Source of the DNA: an uncultured Acidobacteriota bacterium
GTDB taxonomy: Bacteria; Acidobacteriota; Thermoanaerobaculia; Multivoradales; UBA5704
Length of the DNA stretch: 64,000 nucleotides
Reading direction: 5' to 3'
NCBI GenBank assembly: GCA_963770895.1
Contig: CAVYRF010000002.1
Location: 4,480,001 to 4,544,000, forward strand
Shown: one piece after another, positions 51,510 to 63,056 of the stretch
How the letters are laid out: each line of letters opens with the position of its first letter
How positions within the stretch are numbered: position 1 is the first letter of the stretch
Program-made: the position numbers and the translations under genes
The notes under the pieces: model-generated
The model's input: the letters and a program-made list of their open reading frames with translations, nothing else
What the model was told of the DNA's origin: nothing
Databases searched by the model: none

Positions 51510-52439
51510 TCAGGCACCGGCGGTGTGGGGGTGGGGGTGGTCGTGATGATGGTAGACGCCGGCGAAGTGCGCGGCCCAGGTTTCCAGGGTGGTGCCGGTG
51601 GTGTTCTCCGGCAGGCGCGGCTCGGCGGGGCGAATCTTGCCGGCGTTGAAGGCGCGGTTCATCTCCAGCATCATGTCGATCATGTGCGGCGGCATGCCGT
51701 GCGCTGCCATCGCCTGGCGCGCCTGGTCGTCGGTCACCTGCACGTAGGGGAGCTCCGGCTTGCCGATGGCGGTGCCCAGGATGGCGGCCGCTTCCGTCAG
51801 GGTGTAGTCGCGAGGCCCCAGCAGCTCGCGCGTGGACGTGTCGCCAAATTCCAGGCCGGCGAGCAGGCGCGCGGCCTCCTGGGCGATATCGGCGGTAGCG
51901 ATCATGGGCAGCTGCAGGTCGGCGCGCAGGGTGCCCGCGTACACCCCCTGGCCGTGGATGGCGGGGATCGCGTGCAGGTGGTTTTCCATAAAGAAGGTGG
52001 GCCGGAGGTGCACCATGGCGACGCCGGTGAGCCGGTCGAGCCGCTCTTCGTGGTCGTGCAGGCCGGCGATCGGCCCGGTGCCATAGGGCACTTCGGCGCC
52101 GATGCTGCTCAGGTTGACGACGAAGGGGACGCCCGCCTGGGCAAGCCCGTAGGCGATGGCTTCGGAGACGCGGTTCTGCCAGCCGCGCAGGTCGCGGTCC
52201 GCCATCGGCGTCGGCAGCATCGTGAACGCGGCGTGCGCGCCGGCAAAGGCCTGGCGCAGGAAGTCCGCATCGTGCAGGTCGCCGGCCGCCACCTCGGCGC
52301 CCTGGTCGCTGAGCGGGCCGAGGCGCTCCGGGTTGCGGGCCACGACCCGCAGCCGCCGGCGCCCTTCCAGCAGCAGCGTCGCCACCCGCCTGCCGATGTT
52401 GCCGCTCGCGCCTGTCACCACAATCAGTTGCTCGCTCAC
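51510..52439 (-). CDS. NmrA-like NAD(P)H-binding protein
   Basis: VVTGASGNIG Rossmann motif, VNLSSIGA, LRPTFFMEN; His-rich C-terminus HHHDHPHPH. Confidence 0.9.
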   Translation of the reverse strand: MSEQLIVVTGASGNIGRRVATLLLEGRRRLRVVARNPERLGPLSDQGAEVAAGDLHDADFLRQAFAGAHAAFTMLPTPMADRDLRGWQNRVSEAIAYGLAQAGVPFVVNLSSIGAEVPYGTGPIAGLHDHEERLDRLTGVAMVHLRPTFFMENHLHAIPAIHGQGVYAGTLRADLQLPMIATADIAQEAARLLAGLEFGDTSTRELLGPRDYTLTEAAAILGTAIGKPELPYVQVTDDQARQAMAAHGMPPHMIDMMLEMNRAFNAGKIRPAEPRLPENTTGTTLETWAAHFAGVYHHHDHPHPHTAGA

Positions 52440-52730
52440 CCTGGCCTCCCTTTCAGCAGGTGGTTGCGGCGCCGCCGTTGCGGCCGCCGCCGTCCCCGCA
52501 ACCGCGGTGTATCGCCGCCCATCATAGATGAGAGGGGGGAACGGCCGCTGTGCAGGCGGGCCGGCGGGAGGTGTGCCGGGGCAGGCACGGTTTCCGAGAC
52601 CGGCGGCCGGTGCGTTGGGGCTGGTGCACCGCCCGCTCCGCTCGGTGGGCGATCTGCTAGCGGACGTAGGTGAACCAGGGGGTGGGATAAGAGCTGGAAA
52701 TATCGCACTCTCTGCGCCACCGGCAGCCGG

Positions 52731-52757
52731 CCGGCGCCAGGGGTTGCCTGGCGCCGG
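52731..52757 (-). terminator. hairpin just downstream of coxL (possible terminator or stabiliser)
   Basis: Perfect 11-bp stem ccggcgccagg-ggttg-cctggcgccgg; no U-tract. Confidence 0.4.
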
Positions 52758-52781
52758 GGGTGGCGGGGCGGCTTTGCCGGA

Positions 52782-55148
<2,367 letters not shown>

Positions 55149-55162
55149 GGTTCCGTCTCCTC

Positions 55163-55645
55163 TCACGCTACCTTGGAGCGCAGCTGCGCCGCGGCGTGCT
55201 GGACCGCCTTGACGATGTTGACGTAGCCGGTGCAGCGGCAGAGATTGCCCGAGATCGCCTGGCGAATCTCCAGCTCGCTGGGGTCGGCGTTTTGCTGCAG
55301 CAGCGCGTAGCTGGTCATCATCATCCCCGGCGTGCAAAAGCCGCACTGCAGGCCGTGTTCCTGGAAGAAGCCTTCCTGGATCGGATCGAGCTTGCCGTCC
55401 CGCTCCAACCCTTCGACCGTCGTCACGTCGTGGCCGTCGGCCTGGACCGCGAGCACCGTGCACGACTTGACCGGCCGGCCGTCGAACAGCACGGTGCAGG
55501 CGCCGCAGTGCGTGGTGTCGCAGCCGATATGGGTGCCGGTCATCCCCAGCACCTCGCGCAGCAGGTGTACCAGCAGCAGGCGCGACTCCACGGTCACCGC
55601 GTGCTCGACGCCCTGGACCTTGACCTTGATCTGATGTTGGGCCAT
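55163..55645 (-). CDS. coxS: CO dehydrogenase small [2Fe-2S] subunit
   Basis: GCDTTHCGACT..C, QCGFCTPG, NLCRCTGY. Confidence 0.95.
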   Translation of the reverse strand: MAQHQIKVKVQGVEHAVTVESRLLLVHLLREVLGMTGTHIGCDTTHCGACTVLFDGRPVKSCTVLAVQADGHDVTTVEGLERDGKLDPIQEGFFQEHGLQCGFCTPGMMMTSYALLQQNADPSELEIRQAISGNLCRCTGYVNIVKAVQHAAAQLRSKVA

Positions 55646-55647
55646 GT

Positions 55648-56520
55648 CTAGTGCTCCTCGGCCCGTTGGAGGGCCCGTTTGAGGGCTCGCGCCGTCAGCA
55701 CGCGCGACATCTCACGTTTGTATTCGACCGCGCCGCGGCGGTCGGCGCTGGGGGTGGCGGCGGCGGCGGCCAGGCGTGCCGTTTCGGCGATCGTTTGGTC
55801 AGTCGGGCGCTTGCCGGTCAGGTACCGCTCGGCCTCCATGGCGCGCACCGGCATCGGTCCGGCGTTGGTGAGGGCGATGCCCGCCTGGGCGACGGTGCCG
55901 TCCGCCGCCAGGGTGAGCTGCACGGCGCTGGCGGCGGTGGCGAAGTCGCCCACCTTGCGCTCCAGCTTCTGATAGGCGCCGCCGCTGCGCGGCGCCGGCT
56001 GCGGCACGCGGATCTCGGTCAGGATCTCATCGGGCGCCAGGGCGGTGGCGAACAGGCCGACGAAGAAGTCGTCGATGGGGATCTCGCGCCGGCCGCCGGG
56101 ACCGGTGGCGACCACCGTGGCGCGCAGCGCCAGCATCGTCGCCGGATGGTCGTTGGCCGGATCGCCGTGCGCCAGGTTGCCGCCGACGGTCGCCATGTTG
56201 CGCACCAGCGGGTCGGCGATGACCTCGGTCGTTTCGACCAGCAGCGGGTAGCGCCGGCGCGCCACCTCGGAGCGCTCCAGGTCCGCCTCGCGGGTGCGGC
56301 CGCCGATGGCGAGCACCCCTGCTTCCTCGCGGACGTATTCGAGGCCCGGAATGCGCCCGATGTCGACCAGGTGGCCGGCCACCCCCAGCCGGAGCTTGAG
56401 CAGCGGCAGCAGGCTCTGGCCGCCCGACAGCACCTTGGCGTCGTCGGGGTGAGCTTGCAGCAGCGCCACCGCTTCCTCCAAGGTCTGGGGAGCGTGATAG
56501 TCAAACGCGGCAGGAATCAT
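55648..56520 (-). CDS. coxM: CO dehydrogenase medium FAD subunit
   Basis: MIPAAFDYH, LSGGQSL, VRNMATVGGN.AHGDPANDHP, KLERKVGDFA. Confidence 0.94.
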   Translation of the reverse strand: MIPAAFDYHAPQTLEEAVALLQAHPDDAKVLSGGQSLLPLLKLRLGVAGHLVDIGRIPGLEYVREEAGVLAIGGRTREADLERSEVARRRYPLLVETTEVIADPLVRNMATVGGNLAHGDPANDHPATMLALRATVVATGPGGRREIPIDDFFVGLFATALAPDEILTEIRVPQPAPRSGGAYQKLERKVGDFATAASAVQLTLAADGTVAQAGIALTNAGPMPVRAMEAERYLTGKRPTDQTIAETARLAAAAATPSADRRGAVEYKREMSRVLTARALKRALQRAEEH

Positions 56521-56566
56521 CAGCAAAACTCCTTTCCACCGGTGCGCCGGCCCTGCGGCGGCGCCC

Positions 56567-57640
56567 CTAGCGATGGGAGAACCAATAGATCAAGACCAGA
56601 GCGACCGCGACCGCCAGCCAGAACCCCGGCCGCCGCAACGTCCGCCCCGCGGCCCGCGCCATCGCCCTGGAGCCGATCGCGCCCACGTCCAGCACGTCTT
56701 CGTGACTCGTGGTCGGCAGTTGCGGCGGCGCGGGCGCGGCGCCCGCGCCGCGGCCAGTGTTTGGGGCCGCCGCCGCGAGTGCCGCAGGCGCTACCGTGCC
56801 CGCCGCCGGCAGCGATGGCGTGCCAGTGCCGGCCGGCACTGCATTCGCGGTTGCAGCGGCGCCGGCGGACGTTGCGGCCGTGTTGGCGGGCAGCGCTGCC
56901 GCAGCTGCGGCGGCGTGTGCGTCCGTCGCGCCAGCACCGCCTGTCGCTCCCGCCGCGCCAGGTGCCGCTCCGGTGTCGCCGGTCGCGCCTGCGGGACCTG
57001 GCCGCGAGGCGGCGGCTGGCGTCACGGCGGCACCGCCTGTCGCGTCCGCCGTGTCAGGTGGCGCAAGTGCGGCGCTGGTCGCGCTCGTTGCGCTTGCGGG
57101 GACTGGCTGCGAGGCGACAGCTGCCGTCGCGCCGGCGCCGGTTATCGCTTCCGCCGCGCCAGTTGTCGGTCGCGCGGCGGTGGCGGCGCCTTCCAGTTCG
57201 CGGCGCATGGCGTCGCTGAATTTTTGGAAGAGCTGGTCGCTGACGTCCTGGATCATGCCGCGGCCGAACTGGGCGAGGACGCCGACGACGTTGACGTCGG
57301 AGCGGACGGTAACTTCGCTTTCCGTGGGCGAGCGCTCTACGATGCGGCTGTGCATGCGCATGTCGGCGCCGCCCTTGCCGCGGGTCTCCTGGCCGGTGCC
57401 GCTGAGCTCGGCTTCGCGCGCTTCGGGATCGAGGCGATCGAAGCGCAGCTTGCCGCGGTAGGCGGCGGTCACCGGACCGACCTTGACGGTCATGGTGCCG
57501 GCGTAGGTCTTGTCGTCCACCTGCTCGGTGATCGCCGCGCCGGGCAGGCAATGTGCCACCCGCCGCGGGTCGGTCAGGAAGTCCCAGACGGCGCCGGCCG
57601 GGGCATTCACCACGAAGCTCTTTTCGATCGGGATACCCAA
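56567..57640 (-). CDS. coxG: CoxG (SRPBCC domain) with Ala-rich linker and C-terminal membrane anchor
   Basis: VWDFLTDP..VAHCLPGA, VKVGPV..Y.G, LAQFGRGMI; C-terminal FWLAVAVALVLIYWF. Confidence 0.85.
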   Translation of the reverse strand: MGIPIEKSFVVNAPAGAVWDFLTDPRRVAHCLPGAAITEQVDDKTYAGTMTVKVGPVTAAYRGKLRFDRLDPEAREAELSGTGQETRGKGGADMRMHSRIVERSPTESEVTVRSDVNVVGVLAQFGRGMIQDVSDQLFQKFSDAMRRELEGAATAARPTTGAAEAITGAGATAAVASQPVPASATSATSAALAPPDTADATGGAAVTPAAASRPGPAGATGDTGAAPGAAGATGGAGATDAHAAAAAAALPANTAATSAGAAATANAVPAGTGTPSLPAAGTVAPAALAAAAPNTGRGAGAAPAPPQLPTTSHEDVLDVGAIGSRAMARAAGRTLRRPGFWLAVAVALVLIYWFSHR

Positions 57641-57650
57641 GGCTCTCCCT

Positions 57651-59036
57651 TCACGCCGCGAGCAGCGGCAGCAGCCGCGCCAGCGATTCCAGGTTGTGCG
57701 CCGGCAGCAGGTGGTCGAGGTACGGCAGCGCCGCCGCCATGGCGCGGGCGGTGGGCTGGTAGCGCTGGTCGCCGGCCAGCGGATTGAGCCAGACGATGCG
57801 CCGCGCCCGCGCCCGGATGGCCGCCAGCGCCCCCGGCAGCCGGTCGACGTCGCCGCGATCCAGGCCGTCGCTGAGGATCAGCACCACCGTTCGGCTGTCG
57901 ACCAGGTGCAGGTAGGTGTCCGCGAACTCGGCAAGGCAGTCCGCGATGCGCGTCCCTTCCGACCAGTCGGGGATCTGGCGCGCCAGGCGGTCCAGCATCG
58001 CCGCGATGCCGTGCGGCCCGTCCAGCCCTTCCGGTCGCATGCCACCGGAGCGCAGCCAGCCGGTGAGCCGTACCAGCGAAGTGTTGAAGGCGAAGACTTC
58101 GCTGTGCCGCGCCGCCCGGCGCAGCGCCAGCACGAACGCCAGCAAGAACCGCGAATGCGGGTCCATCGAGCCGCTGGTGTCGCACAGCACCACCAGCCGC
58201 GCCTCTTCGATCGGCCGCGCCCGCCGCGCCAGCACCGCCAGGTCGCCGTCCAGGGCCGCCGCCCGCCGCAAACTGCGCCGCAGGTCAGGGTCGCCGCGGC
58301 CGCGCACCGGCACCCGCCGCCGGCTGCGCCGGGTGGCGAGGCGCTGCGCCAGCCGCGCGATCAGCGGCTCCATCGCGGCGCGCTCCGCCGCCGTGCACTC
58401 CTCGAACGGCTTGCGGCGCAAGATCGCCTCGGGGCTGTAGCCCGGCTGTTCGCCGTCGGCCAGGGCCGGCGCCGCCGCGTCGTCGGCCTCCTGCCGCCGC
58501 TGGTCCGTTGCCCGCGCCGCAGCCTGCCGCGCCGGCGCCGGCCCTGGCCGCGCGTCGGCGCGGCCCGCCTGTGGCGGCCGGGTGGGGTCGATCACCGGTG
58601 GATTTTGCGACGGCGGCGCGGCCGCCTGCCGCCGCTCCTCGGCAGGCGGGTCGTCCAGCCGCCCGTCGCTGGCCGCTCCCACAGCGTCGTCGGCCCCACG
58701 CCACATCTCCGCAAACAGCTCCTCGAACGCCGCCGCGTCCCGCGGCCGGATCTTGAGTGCCACCCGCAAGGCGCGCCTCACCTCGTCGCGGTCACCCACG
58801 TCGACGAACGTCAGCGCCGCCAGACCGTCCGCTTCATCGCTCAGCGTGACTGCGACGCCGCGCGGCCGCAAGGCACGCCCAAACCGAGCCAGGTGCCACA
58901 CCAAGCCGCTGGAAAGAGGTCCGGCCGTCGCCTCTGGCGACGGCGCGGTCTGGTTAGCCACCCACAACCCAGGGCCGGCCCCTGGCGCCGTGGCGCGGCC
59001 GGCCTCCGCCTCGCCGCCCGCGTCCCGCTCGCTCAC
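57651..59036 (-). CDS. coxE: CoxE vWA-domain protein
   Basis: DLRRSLR, MIDAS CDTSGSM, EGTRIA, LSDGLD, WLNPL; GTGA-coupled start at 59036. Confidence 0.88.
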   Translation of the reverse strand: MSERDAGGEAEAGRATAPGAGPGLWVANQTAPSPEATAGPLSSGLVWHLARFGRALRPRGVAVTLSDEADGLAALTFVDVGDRDEVRRALRVALKIRPRDAAAFEELFAEMWRGADDAVGAASDGRLDDPPAEERRQAAAPPSQNPPVIDPTRPPQAGRADARPGPAPARQAAARATDQRRQEADDAAAPALADGEQPGYSPEAILRRKPFEECTAAERAAMEPLIARLAQRLATRRSRRRVPVRGRGDPDLRRSLRRAAALDGDLAVLARRARPIEEARLVVLCDTSGSMDPHSRFLLAFVLALRRAARHSEVFAFNTSLVRLTGWLRSGGMRPEGLDGPHGIAAMLDRLARQIPDWSEGTRIADCLAEFADTYLHLVDSRTVVLILSDGLDRGDVDRLPGALAAIRARARRIVWLNPLAGDQRYQPTARAMAAALPYLDHLLPAHNLESLARLLPLLAA

Positions 59037-59926
59037 GCTGGCACCTCTTCGAGGGCGACGGCCAAGGTGGCGGCGAGGGTGGCGCCGGTGAGGTCGTGGA
59101 GGTCGTGGCGGTCTTTGAGGATGCAGCCCAGGGTTTGCTCGACGGTTTCGAGGTCGAGGTGGTCGCGGTGGAGGTGGAGCAGGGCTTGCGCCCAGTCGAG
59201 GGTTTCGGCGACGCCGGGGGTTTTGTTGAGGCGGCGCTGCCGCAGGGACTGCATGAAGCGGCCGATCTGGGCTGCCAGGCGGGGGGCTGCCTGGGGCACC
59301 CGCGCCGCCAGGATGCGGACCTCTTTTTCGAGGGTGGGGTGCTCGATGTAGAGGTAGAGGCAGCGCCGGCGCAGGGCGTCGCCGATCTCGCGGCTGCGGT
59401 TGGAGGTGAGGACGACGTGGGGGATGTGTTCCGCGCGCAGGGTGCCCAGCTCGGGGATGGTGACCTGGAAGTCGGACAGGATCTCGAGCAGGAAGGCTTC
59501 GAAGCCGTCGTCGGCGCGGTCGATCTCGTCGATGAGCAGCACCGGCGCGCCGTCCCGGCGGGTGATGGCGCGCAGCAGCGGCCGCTCCAGCAGGTAGTCG
59601 CGGCCGAAGATCAGCTCTTCGGTTTCGGCGGCGCTCTTGCCCTGTTGCTCGGCCAGGCGCAGGCGCAGGATCTGGCGCTGGTAGTTCCACTCGTAGAGCG
59701 CGGTCGAGACGTCGAGCCCTTCGTAGCACTGCAGCCGGATGAGGTCGGTGGCCAGCAGGCGCGCCCAGACCTTGGCGATTTCGGTCTTGCCGACGCCGGC
59801 GTCGCCTTCGACGAGCAGCGGGCGGCGCATCTTCTGGGCCAGAAAGAGCGACGTCGCGATCGCCGGGTCGGCGACGTAGCCCGCGCCTTCCATCGCTGAC
59901 TGGAGCTGCGCGATCTCCTCCCTCAC
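59033..59926 (-). CDS. coxD: CoxD MoxR-type AAA+ ATPase
   Basis: LLVEGDAGVGKT, RLQCYEGLD..ALYEWNY, LLIDEIDRAD, DFQVTIPELG, DALRRRC. Confidence 0.92.
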   Translation of the reverse strand: MREEIAQLQSAMEGAGYVADPAIATSLFLAQKMRRPLLVEGDAGVGKTEIAKVWARLLATDLIRLQCYEGLDVSTALYEWNYQRQILRLRLAEQQGKSAAETEELIFGRDYLLERPLLRAITRRDGAPVLLIDEIDRADDGFEAFLLEILSDFQVTIPELGTLRAEHIPHVVLTSNRSREIGDALRRRCLYLYIEHPTLEKEVRILAARVPQAAPRLAAQIGRFMQSLRQRRLNKTPGVAETLDWAQALLHLHRDHLDLETVEQTLGCILKDRHDLHDLTGATLAATLAVALEEVPA

Positions 59927-60957
59927 GCGACCCCTCCCACCGCCGCGTGGTGCTCGGGCGCCGCCACGAAGCGGGCGCGGCAGCCGGCGCAGCAGAAATA
60001 GAAGACGCGCCCGGCGTGCTCGGCGGTGTGCCGCGCGCCGGCGATCTGGACCGTCATGCCGCAGATCGGATCGATGGCCTGGCCCGCCGCGGGCGGCGAG
60101 TGCTGCGTGTCCGTTTCCGCCGGCCCGGCGGCGGCGGTGCTGGCGGCGAGCGCGTGGCGCCGCTCGACGATTTCGGCCAGCACGCTCAGGGCGATCTCTT
60201 CGGGGGTCTGGGCGTGGATGGCCAGGCCGGCGGGGCTGCGGATCGTTGCCAGCTGCGCTTCCGAGATGCCTTGCTCGCGGAGAGTCGGCCGCATTTGCGC
60301 GAAACGCCGCGCGCTCGCCACTACCCCGAGATAGGCCGGAGCGAGGGCCAGGGCGGCGCCGATCGCCGCCTCGTCGTCTTCTCCCATGGTTGCCACGACC
60401 GCGAAGCATTGCGCTCCGCCTGTCGCCGCTACGGCGCCGATGATGGTCCGGCTGGTCCCGGTCGCCGCGCTGGCCTGGCCTTCGGCCGTGGCTGCCGCAG
60501 CGCCGCCTGCCGGCGCCGCCGCGGCGCCCGGGACGGGCGTCACGTGGTAGCCCATGGCGGCGCCCAGGCGGGCGAGGGCTCGCGCGGTGGGGGATTCCCC
60601 GAAGACTGCCAGGCGCGGCGCCGGTTGGATGGGTTCGAGGTAGATTTCCACGCTCCCTCCGCTGTGGCAGGTCATGGGAAAGACGGCGACGCCCGGCCGC
60701 TGCTCGGTTTCGGGGTCGGGGGTGAGGGCGAGCAGGCGCGGCTTGCCGCTGGCGAGCACGCGCCGCGCTTCGCGCAGCACGGTGGGCTGGATGCAGCTGC
60801 CGCCCAGCCAGCCGTGGAAGTCGCCGCCGGCGGTGATGATCGCCATGTCGCCGGCCTGCGCCGAGCTGGCGGGCCGCCGGCGCACCACCAGCGCCAGCAC
60901 GAAGGGCTCCTGCCGGCGCGTAAGATCCGCTGCCATCTGCAGGAGCTCGGCGTGCAT
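59923..60957 (-). CDS. coxF: CoxF/XdhC-family Moco chaperone fused to a C-terminal YHS (TRASH) domain
   Basis: GWLGGSCI, MTCHSGG, PAGL.I.AQTPEEIALS, then DPICGM...FYFCCAGC. Confidence 0.85.
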   Translation of the reverse strand: MHAELLQMAADLTRRQEPFVLALVVRRRPASSAQAGDMAIITAGGDFHGWLGGSCIQPTVLREARRVLASGKPRLLALTPDPETEQRPGVAVFPMTCHSGGSVEIYLEPIQPAPRLAVFGESPTARALARLGAAMGYHVTPVPGAAAAPAGGAAAATAEGQASAATGTSRTIIGAVAATGGAQCFAVVATMGEDDEAAIGAALALAPAYLGVVASARRFAQMRPTLREQGISEAQLATIRSPAGLAIHAQTPEEIALSVLAEIVERRHALAASTAAAGPAETDTQHSPPAAGQAIDPICGMTVQIAGARHTAEHAGRVFYFCCAGCRARFVAAPEHHAAVGGVA

Positions 60958-60984
60958 GGTCGCGATGCCTTTCCCTTGCTAGTC

Positions 60985-61737
60985 CTAAGGTTCCGAAGGT
61001 TCCGTGTCGCCGCGCGCGGTGGACGGTGGTCCGGCCAGGACCGGGAGCGGCACCGCCGGTACGGTGGGCGGACCGGGGGCCGGGGCCAGCGACGGCGCCG
61101 TGTGGCGCAGCCGCTCCAGGTCGGCCGGCAGGTCGAGATCGGCGAGCGCGGTCACCGGCCAGTGCAGCACGACGGCGGTGCCGCGGTGGCGCTTGACCAC
61201 CTGTTTGCCGCAGCCGGCGCCGCCCTTGGCACTGGTCATGCTGAGGATCTCATGAAAGAGCGAGCGATCATACAGCGTCGGCGGCGCGTTCACGCCTTCG
61301 TAATCCGAGATCACCAGCGCCGCGCCGCTGTCGCGGTAGCGCGCCACCAGGTCGGCGACCATGGCGCCGGTGACGAAGGGCATGTCGGCCAGCATCACCA
61401 CCGCCGCTCCCACCGTGGGCGCCGACCGCGCCAGGGCTGCGACGCCGGCTTGCAGCGAGGTGGTGATGCCGTGCTGGTAGTTGGGGTTGACCACCACCTG
61501 GCAGGCGCAGCCCAGAAGCTCGCGCCGCGCGCTTTGGGATTCATGCCCCAACACCACCAGCAGCGGCGCCAGGCCGCCGCCCAGCGCCTGGCGCACCGCC
61601 CGCCGCAGCACGCTTTCGCCGTCCAGCTGCAGCAGCATCTTGTTGCTGCCCATGCGGCTGGAGGTGCCGGCGGCGAGCAGGATGCCGGCGACCGGCACGG
61701 CGTCGCCGGCCCGCGGCGGTGCGGCCTCAGCCGACAT
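60985..61737 (-). CDS. mocA: molybdenum cofactor cytidylyltransferase (MocA-like NTP transferase)
   Basis: ILLAAGTSSRMGSNK, NPNYQHG..SL, LADMP, DLDLPAD. Confidence 0.85.
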   Translation of the reverse strand: MSAEAAPPRAGDAVPVAGILLAAGTSSRMGSNKMLLQLDGESVLRRAVRQALGGGLAPLLVVLGHESQSARRELLGCACQVVVNPNYQHGITTSLQAGVAALARSAPTVGAAVVMLADMPFVTGAMVADLVARYRDSGAALVISDYEGVNAPPTLYDRSLFHEILSMTSAKGGAGCGKQVVKRHRGTAVVLHWPVTALADLDLPADLERLRHTAPSLAPAPGPPTVPAVPLPVLAGPPSTARGDTEPSEP

Positions 61738-62926
61738 GGATGGCCTCGCGGCGTTCGCTCAGGTGGCGCGGCAGGCGGCCGGCGGAAAAGGCGAGCAGTT
61801 CCGCGACGATGCTGATCGCCACCTGCTGCGGACCGTCGGCGCCGAGGTCGAGCCCCACCGGGCCGAACACCCGCCCGCCGTCGTCGCCTTCGCCGATCAG
61901 CCGCAGGATGGCGTCGGTGCGCGCCCGCGGCCCCAGGACGCCGACGTAAGGGAGGCCCGCGGCGAGCAGTCTTCGCACCCATTCGCGGTCGTGTGCCAGC
62001 GAGTGCGTCTTGACGACCGCCAGCGACCGGGCGGCCGGCGGCAGGGCGAGCTGCGGCTCGTCGGGGCGCGCCAGGATGCGCTGCGCCGCCGCCGGGAACG
62101 CCTGGGCGGCCAGAAACGCCGGCCGGTGGTCGACCAGCGTGACGCGAAAGCCGGCGTCGGCGGCGTAGGCGACCAGCGGCCGCGCGTCGTCGCCGGCGCC
62201 GCAGACGACCAGGTGCGGCGGCGGCGCCAGGACTTCGAAGAAGACCTCCCGGCCGGCGACCGTCTCCACCCGCGAAGCGCCGGTTGCCAGCCGCACGCGC
62301 GCCCTGTCGATGACCGCCCGGCGAAAGGCTGCGTCCTCAGGCGTGCCGGTGCCCGCCGCATCCCCCGCCGGTGCCACCGCGCCGCCGTGGACCACCAGGA
62401 GCATGCCGCCACCGTCCCGGCGTCCGCCGCCCGCGGCGCTCGCCGCTGCCGCGCCGCTCGGCGCGGTCCCAACGTTGGCGCTTGCCGCGGCGCCGGCCGG
62501 AACGTCGCCGCCGTCGAGCGCCGTGGCGAGCACGAACGGCGCGTCGCCCGCGAGCAGCTGCCGCAGGGATCCGGCGAGCTGCGCCAGCGGGCCTTCGGAC
62601 GCGGGTTGGACGAAGATGTCGACGTGGCCGTTGCAGCCCAGGCCCAGGCCCCACACCACGTCTTCGTCGCCGGTTTCGTAGTGGCGCAGCCAGGGATTGC
62701 CGGTTTCGAGCACCGCCCCGGCGATCTCGCGCACGTCGGCTTCGAGGCAGCCGCCGCTGACGCTGCCGACCGTGTCACCCGCCTGTTCGATCAGCAGCTT
62801 GGCGCCCGGCCGCCGGTAGGCCGAGCCGGCGATGCGCACCACCGTCGCCAGGGCCGCGCGGCCGCCGGCGGCTTCGACCGCGGCCAGCCGCAGGAGGATG
62901 TCGGCGCTTTCCTTCCAATGGATCAT
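61727..62926 (-). CDS. XdhC/CoxI-family molybdoenzyme accessory protein
   Basis: ATVVRIAGSAYRRPGAK, GSVSGGCLE, GLGCNG, GAGDDA, GPVGLDLGA. Confidence 0.9.
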   Translation of the reverse strand: MIHWKESADILLRLAAVEAAGGRAALATVVRIAGSAYRRPGAKLLIEQAGDTVGSVSGGCLEADVREIAGAVLETGNPWLRHYETGDEDVVWGLGLGCNGHVDIFVQPASEGPLAQLAGSLRQLLAGDAPFVLATALDGGDVPAGAAASANVGTAPSGAAAASAAGGGRRDGGGMLLVVHGGAVAPAGDAAGTGTPEDAAFRRAVIDRARVRLATGASRVETVAGREVFFEVLAPPPHLVVCGAGDDARPLVAYAADAGFRVTLVDHRPAFLAAQAFPAAAQRILARPDEPQLALPPAARSLAVVKTHSLAHDREWVRRLLAAGLPYVGVLGPRARTDAILRLIGEGDDGGRVFGPVGLDLGADGPQQVAISIVAELLAFSAGRLPRHLSERREAIHVG

Positions 62927-62960
62927 CGGCCACCGGGCCAGTCACTTTTGGTCCTCTCGA

Positions 62961-62989
62961 ACCATACCTCCGGCCGGCGCCGGTTTCAA
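62961..62989 (-). promoter_or_regulatory. sigma70 promoter heading the cox operon
   Basis: Minus strand TTGAAA-N17-TATGGT, 34 nt upstream of the xdhC ATG at 62926. Confidence 0.65.
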
Positions 62990-63056
62990 GGCGCCGGAAC
63001 CTGGCTGCCGGAGAGACGGATCGGAAAGACCTGAAGTGGGAGGCGGCGGGCGCGGC

